Shown here in pieces: positions 59,781 to 64,000 of a stretch of 64,000 bases of DNA. The stretch is from NCBI GenBank assembly GCA_964590395.1, contig CAZPVT010000005.1:116387-180386 (forward strand). Direction: 5' to 3'. Position numbers and translations under genes: made by a program. Origin of the DNA: an uncultured bacterium (GTDB lineage Bacteria > Hydrothermota > Tepidihabitantia > Tepidihabitantales > Tepidihabitantaceae). Positions within the stretch are counted from its first letter, which is position 1. Each line of letters starts with the position of its first letter. The notes under the pieces are model-generated. The model saw only the letters and a program-made list of their open reading frames with translations. It did no database searches and had not been told where the DNA came from.

Positions 59781-59885
59781 GCAGTTTGTTTTCATCCGGC
59801 AGTGTTAGGTGCCGGTAGCGGGGATAGGTCTTTTCAAATAGTTGGAGAATAGTCCGGGCAAGTTCTGGGTAGGGGACAGGTAAGG
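59781..59885. repeat. Copy 3 of the triplicated element
   Basis: CCGGCAgtgttaggTGCCGG-TAGCGGGGATAGGTCTTTTCAAATAGTTGGAGAATAGTCCGGGCAAGTTC. Shares the core and 3' part with 63040-63110. Confidence 0.6.
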
Positions 59886-60088
59886 GACGGTTTTAAATTC
59901 CAAGGATTATCTGCAGGGGTTCTGTTTTACGCTTTCTTTTTTAAACCTGTGAGAGTTAAATTCTTTTGTTTAAAGGTGTCCAAGAGGTCACCTCGACAGG
60001 TTATCTATATCTATTTTCCCCTCATATTTGCCGGCAAGGATTCAAAAGAAATTTCGTCAATGATGTTTGAGGATAAGTTCGGACATAA

Positions 60089-61579
60089 TTAAGTTAACAT
60101 TAAAAACTTTAATGGGACCTTTATAATAGAGTCATTTATTAATTCCAGTCTGCCACTTCCCAGGACTAATCCATATTTACTTTTGACTTTTCTCATCGTA
60201 TTTTCAACTTGCCTGATTTCCTCTTTATTAAAACCAAGTTCAATGACGACATTGCTCCTGTTCTTCAGGGTTAAAACAAAATCTGCGCCGCACTCGGCAA
60301 TATCATAAGACAGACTGTAAGCCAACGCTTTCTTTAAATCATTCTCAAAAATTAAGGTAAAATAATCTTCCAGTTTTTTGCCTTCGATGCCCGGGGGGAA
60401 ACTGTTGTCTAAAATGGCACCGCGAAGAGACGGGGTTATAAAGAGATACTTTGGAGTTTTTCTGGTGGTGCCATAAGTTCTACCGTAAGCCTTTACCTTA
60501 ATTAAAACACCACTCATAACTAAAACATCCAGCAGGGCTGATAATGTTCTGATATTATCAATTTTTAAGGTCTTTAATAGTTTTTCATAACTGATCAGAT
60601 CAGAGTTAGCCAGCAGGTAAAGCAGGTCGTTGATTTTGCTGATCGTTTCGGTCTTAAACCTTTTCAGGGTTAAAATGTCTTTCGTAATTATTCCGTTGAT
60701 CACATACTTTATCCGTTCTGCGATTTCAACCTGGTTTTGCAAGCCAACCACAAATGGAAATCCGCCGTTTTTGAAGAATTCATCTTCGCAACCGGGTGAT
60801 AAACTCAAAAAAAATCTTTTCACTGCTGATTCTTTATCTTTAAGTTCGTTAAAAACCTCTTTGGCATTCCGGGAGTTGAAAATGATTTCCTTCAGTTCTT
60901 CTGATAGATTTTCAACAGGATAAATATTATGTTTTAAGATTAGATATTCGCTGAATTTCATCGGGAAAAGTTCTTTTACTGTTGCTCTTCTCATTAAATC
61001 TGCGCCTATTTTTATGTTAATTGCTGAAGAACCGGTGGCGATGACCAGTAAATTTTTATGCCCCTTGGTATGGTCAAACAACACTTTTAAAAACAGATTC
61101 CATTTTTCATCAAAGTGGACCTCATCAAGTAAAAGGATGATCTTTTTATCTAAAGTTACAAAATTGAAATTGTTTACCTTCTCGAAAAATTGAAAGAATT
61201 CACTTAAACCGATCTGTTCAAAATGAAACTTGCTGATATCAAAATAAAAACGATAATCAAGTTTGTTTAAATTTTTTAGTAACTCTGCATCCTCAGGATT
61301 ATCGGGATTTAAAAACTTTTCGAGTTTATAAATCTGCATCAACAGAGTTGTTTTACCCACCCCTCTGATGCCGGGTAATAGAATAATTTTTTCAAACTCG
61401 TTTATTTTATCAGTGAGAAACTCGTTTATTTTCTTTTTGAAAAAGGAGAAAATGTGTCTTGTTGGCTTGAGATTTTTATTGTCATCGTAAAGATACCCTT
61501 CGTTTAATTGGGGAAGGATTTTAAGCCAGTTCTTATAAAAATTTTCCAATTTTTCCTCGTTCATCAGTCGGTATTCCAT
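60089..61579 (-). CDS. AAA-family ATPase (AAA_14 + DUF4143-type)
   Basis: Walker A GIRGVGKTT. Walker B ILLLDEVHF. Winged-helix-like C-terminal region. 496 aa. AT-rich. Confidence 0.7.
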   Translation of the reverse strand: MEYRLMNEEKLENFYKNWLKILPQLNEGYLYDDNKNLKPTRHIFSFFKKKINEFLTDKINEFEKIILLPGIRGVGKTTLLMQIYKLEKFLNPDNPEDAELLKNLNKLDYRFYFDISKFHFEQIGLSEFFQFFEKVNNFNFVTLDKKIILLLDEVHFDEKWNLFLKVLFDHTKGHKNLLVIATGSSAINIKIGADLMRRATVKELFPMKFSEYLILKHNIYPVENLSEELKEIIFNSRNAKEVFNELKDKESAVKRFFLSLSPGCEDEFFKNGGFPFVVGLQNQVEIAERIKYVINGIITKDILTLKRFKTETISKINDLLYLLANSDLISYEKLLKTLKIDNIRTLSALLDVLVMSGVLIKVKAYGRTYGTTRKTPKYLFITPSLRGAILDNSFPPGIEGKKLEDYFTLIFENDLKKALAYSLSYDIAECGADFVLTLKNRSNVVIELGFNKEEIRQVENTMRKVKSKYGLVLGSGRLELINDSIIKVPLKFLMLT

Positions 61580-61987
61580 TACAAACTAAACACGCATTCA
61601 GATTGTATCACAATACAAACTGAATGTCAAATAAAGACCCTCTTGTCACCTCTGGTGGTGTAAATAGCAACTGGTTAAAAACAGATAACCCTGGATGAGT
61701 ATTTTGGATAACCATCGTCGCCCGATTTGTCAAAATGCGCCAAATACATAATTTCACCACCAGATTAAAGGTTTTATTATTTTATAATTCACCTCCTTTA
61801 AATTGACCTTTTCGATATCTTTTGCTTTGCTATCTTCGCATTGCTTAAGTTTAAGGCATTTAAAGAAACCACCTCCACCATCAATTATGGCACCGACAAA
61901 TAGAGCATCTAACACGTTATAAAAATTTTCTTCTTATAATTATGATAATAAGTCCCCCTTAAATTCAATCTTTTATCGGCAGGTTTT

Positions 61988-62980
61988 TTATTGGGTTTCG
62001 TGCTGTTCGAAGTATTCAAAGGCGTCGATCAGGTCAAGGTAGATGCCGTCAAAGCCAGCAGTAAGGATTTTTTTGACATAGGAGTTGTCGTTGCCGTAGA
62101 TGATCTTTTGCCATTGCGGGTCCCAGTATTTTACTCGATAGTTGCCGGGCCAGTCCGGGTTTTGTTCAAGGAGCCAGTCGGGCGGGTTTTGTTGCCATTC
62201 AGGACGCCAGTAGTAGCGGTAGTCCTCGGCTTCGCCGATACTGAGGTAGGACAGGATTAGCCGTCTGCCACCGTTTGCCTTGGTTTTTAAGCGGGCAATT
62301 TCGTCCGCGGTTAAAGGGAGTGTGTCATAAAACAGATCGATGATCAGGAGGTCGTAGTTGGTTGCGCTGAGAGCGTTCAGGAAGGCGGTTTTGTCCCTGA
62401 AGGCACCGTGGTTAATCAGACAGAGGAAGTTCTGTGCCTGTTTTAGGGTGGTGATGTCGCTGGCGTTGACCCGGTGGGGTTCGGGGGGATAAGCGGGTAT
62501 GTTGTCCAGTTCCCGGTGGTCAGCCACAAAGGAGATGTAGCCGTGGCGGGTGTTCTGAAGATTGGAGTTGTCAACAAAGGTGCGGGTTGAGCAGTAGTCA
62601 ATGACCAGCACCTCAATGCCGCAACTTTCCGCAAGGTTTAGAAATGGGATAATCCGGTTGCGGACTGATTCCGGCGTTGGGATGTTGTCTCCATCGTATC
62701 CGTAGAATAGGTCCTCTCTGCCCAGTCCGTGAATCGCTTTAATGTAGGCAATTGCCGGTGTGCCGGTATCCGTTCCATCGATTGTGAGCAGTTCCTGGCC
62801 ATTCTGGGGGATGATGAGGAAATCGGGGTTTATTTTTTGGGTGTAGGCGCTGATTTTCTGGACAAACTGGCGCATATCTTCGCGGCAGTCCCTTTGGTTT
62901 GGTTGGAGATGCTGACACCCTGGGGACATTAAGGCGGTTAATGTCAGCGGGATCGTAATTAGAAGGAGGTTTATTTTCAT
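61988..62980 (-). CDS. GH114-like (endo-alpha-1,4-polygalactosaminidase-type) TIM-barrel glycoside hydrolase, secreted lipoprotein
   Basis: Lipoprotein signal (LMSPGC). GFDGIYLDLID motif typical of GH114/PelA-like hydrolases. Confidence 0.5.
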   Translation of the reverse strand: MKINLLLITIPLTLTALMSPGCQHLQPNQRDCREDMRQFVQKISAYTQKINPDFLIIPQNGQELLTIDGTDTGTPAIAYIKAIHGLGREDLFYGYDGDNIPTPESVRNRIIPFLNLAESCGIEVLVIDYCSTRTFVDNSNLQNTRHGYISFVADHRELDNIPAYPPEPHRVNASDITTLKQAQNFLCLINHGAFRDKTAFLNALSATNYDLLIIDLFYDTLPLTADEIARLKTKANGGRRLILSYLSIGEAEDYRYYWRPEWQQNPPDWLLEQNPDWPGNYRVKYWDPQWQKIIYGNDNSYVKKILTAGFDGIYLDLIDAFEYFEQHETQ

Positions 62981-62994
62981 AACCAGTTTTGTAA

Positions 62995-63125
62995 CTTAAT
63001 ACTCCTCCAAGTCAAGCTTTGTTCTCGGGCTGTGCTTTGTCCGGCACTGCCATATGCCGGTATCGGGGATAGGTTTTTTCAAAGAGTTGGAGGATGGTGC
63101 GGGCAAGTTCCGGATAGGGGGCAGT
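62995..63125. repeat. Copy 1 (most complete) of the triplicated element; it overlaps the 3' end of the HTH gene
   Basis: CTCCTCCAAGTCAAG...CCGGCActgccataTGCCGG-TATCGGGGATAGGTTTTTTCAAAGAGTTGGAGGATGGTGCGGGCAAGTTCCGG. Confidence 0.6.
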
Positions 63126-64000
63126 TGAAAGGAGGCGGTTTAACTCCGGTTTTTGTTTTTCCGGGTCAGATTCAAGTTGTAAGGCGGTATTGGTTAGTTG
63201 ATGGAGAAGTTCAATTGCCCAGAGTCTTATCTGTGGGTCAAGGTTTTCGGTTTTTAGTTCCCGGTTGATCTCTCCGAAGATCACCGCGGCGGTGCCGGCA
63301 ATCCGTTTTTTCTTTTCAGTTTCTGCCCGGTGTTTTTCCAGTATCAGCCTTTTTTCTGCCCGGATAGGTGCGGGTAAGGGGCGGTTTTTTAGTTCCGAGA
63401 TTATCCAGAGGAGGTCCTGGTCCGGGTTGAGGAGTCCCTGTTTTTCAATCTCTGCGTAAAGGTTTTTGATCTCCTGTTCAATTGTCTCGATGCCGGCTGA
63501 AGGCAGGTTGAGTTCTTTTATTCGGTCGCGCTGTTTTAGGAGGAGTCGGGTGCGGCGGTTCTGGTCGTCGCGGGTGGAGAGGTAGGTTTGGAAGATTTTT
63601 CTGCCGTAGTGGCAGAGTTGGGTGAGTTTTTCCTGGTCAATCTGTTCTGCCTCAGGTGCGGTGATTATCCGGTAAAGGGTGTCTTCAAGGATGGTGCGGA
63701 GGATGCGGTTCTGGAGGAGTTGTTTTATGCGGCCAGGTCGCCGGTTTAAACTCTTTTTGGGCAGGGTTTCGGTTGGTTGTGTAAGATCCGGAGGAGTTTC
63801 GGTTTTCGGGGTGATGGTGGCAGAGCGGTTTAAGAGCTCAATTATTTCGTTGAAGGTGGCATTGCACGCGGTGAGGTAGTTGGTAATGGTGATGATTGAT
63901 GGGTTTTTGATTTTACCGGTTTCAAGGCGGTGAAGCAAAACATAGTATCCCGGTGCCTCGGGCGTAATTTTTTGTGCCAGTTGTTTTAATGTGAGGTTTG
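63012..64000 (-). CDS. Helix-turn-helix-domain protein, 5'-truncated by the window edge
   Basis: The N-terminal region (LKQLAQKI....LLHRLETGKIKNPSIITITNYLTACN) resembles an XRE-type HTH. The ORF stays open to position 64000. Confidence 0.4.
   Translation of the reverse strand, partial: NLTLKQLAQKITPEAPGYYVLLHRLETGKIKNPSIITITNYLTACNATFNEIIELLNRSATITPKTETPPDLTQPTETLPKKSLNRRPGRIKQLLQNRILRTILEDTLYRIITAPEAEQIDQEKLTQLCHYGRKIFQTYLSTRDDQNRRTRLLLKQRDRIKELNLPSAGIETIEQEIKNLYAEIEKQGLLNPDQDLLWIISELKNRPLPAPIRAEKRLILEKHRAETEKKKRIAGTAAVIFGEINRELKTENLDPQIRLWAIELLHQLTNTALQLESDPEKQKPELNRLLSTAPYPELARTILQLFEKTYPRYRHMAVPDKAQPENKA

Noticed and set aside
1-64000. CRISPR arrays, rRNA genes, IS/transposase or integrase genes
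   Set aside because: I looked for regularly spaced direct repeats, rRNA-like conserved blocks and DDE/tyrosine-recombinase ORFs. None are visible in this window. The only repeats are the two dispersed families reported.

Overview
Overall GC is about 50-52% and the window is gene-dense. It appears to come from an uncultivated, anaerobe-like bacterium (inference). Three lines of evidence suggest this. The envelope genes are T9SS-type: C-terminal sorting domains, a PorV-like barrel and CarbopepD_reg/TonB-dependent-type outer-membrane proteins. There is a class II (B12) ribonucleotide reductase. There is a hydrogenase-less sulfhydrogenase-beta/gamma + MvhD iron-sulfur module. Housekeeping content: trmFO, nrdJ, gltX, glnS, rpsT, tRNA-Asp, tRNA-Ser(TGA), tRNA-Ser(GCT), tRNA-Phe, a CDF transporter, nitroreductase, an Isf-like flavoprotein, a TetR-regulated RND/TolC efflux operon, and a GT1/flippase-like/YfhO surface-glycosylation cluster. 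Notable regions: (i) a minus-strand operon at 5.7-13.0 kb encoding a giant 2-TM coiled-coil protein, a TPR protein, an N-lobe-less PASTA pseudokinase with a C-terminal zinc ribbon, and a zinc-ribbon/PEGA protein; (ii) a dispersed, structured intergenic repeat family with copies at ~13.2 kb and ~45.0 kb; (iii) a decayed SBBP/T9SS gene with in-frame TAGs and frameshifts at 24.7-26.0 kb; (iv) a sharply AT-rich island at ~55.4-61.9 kb carrying a type II R-M-like pair, an unknown 309-aa protein and an AAA/DUF4143 ATPase. Three copies of a ~60-110 bp element (conserved palindrome plus promoter-like sequence) each sit just upstream of a minus-strand transcription unit; the first copy overlaps the 3' end of an HTH gene. 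That island with its repeated element is the best candidate for an undescribed, mobile defence-type locus.
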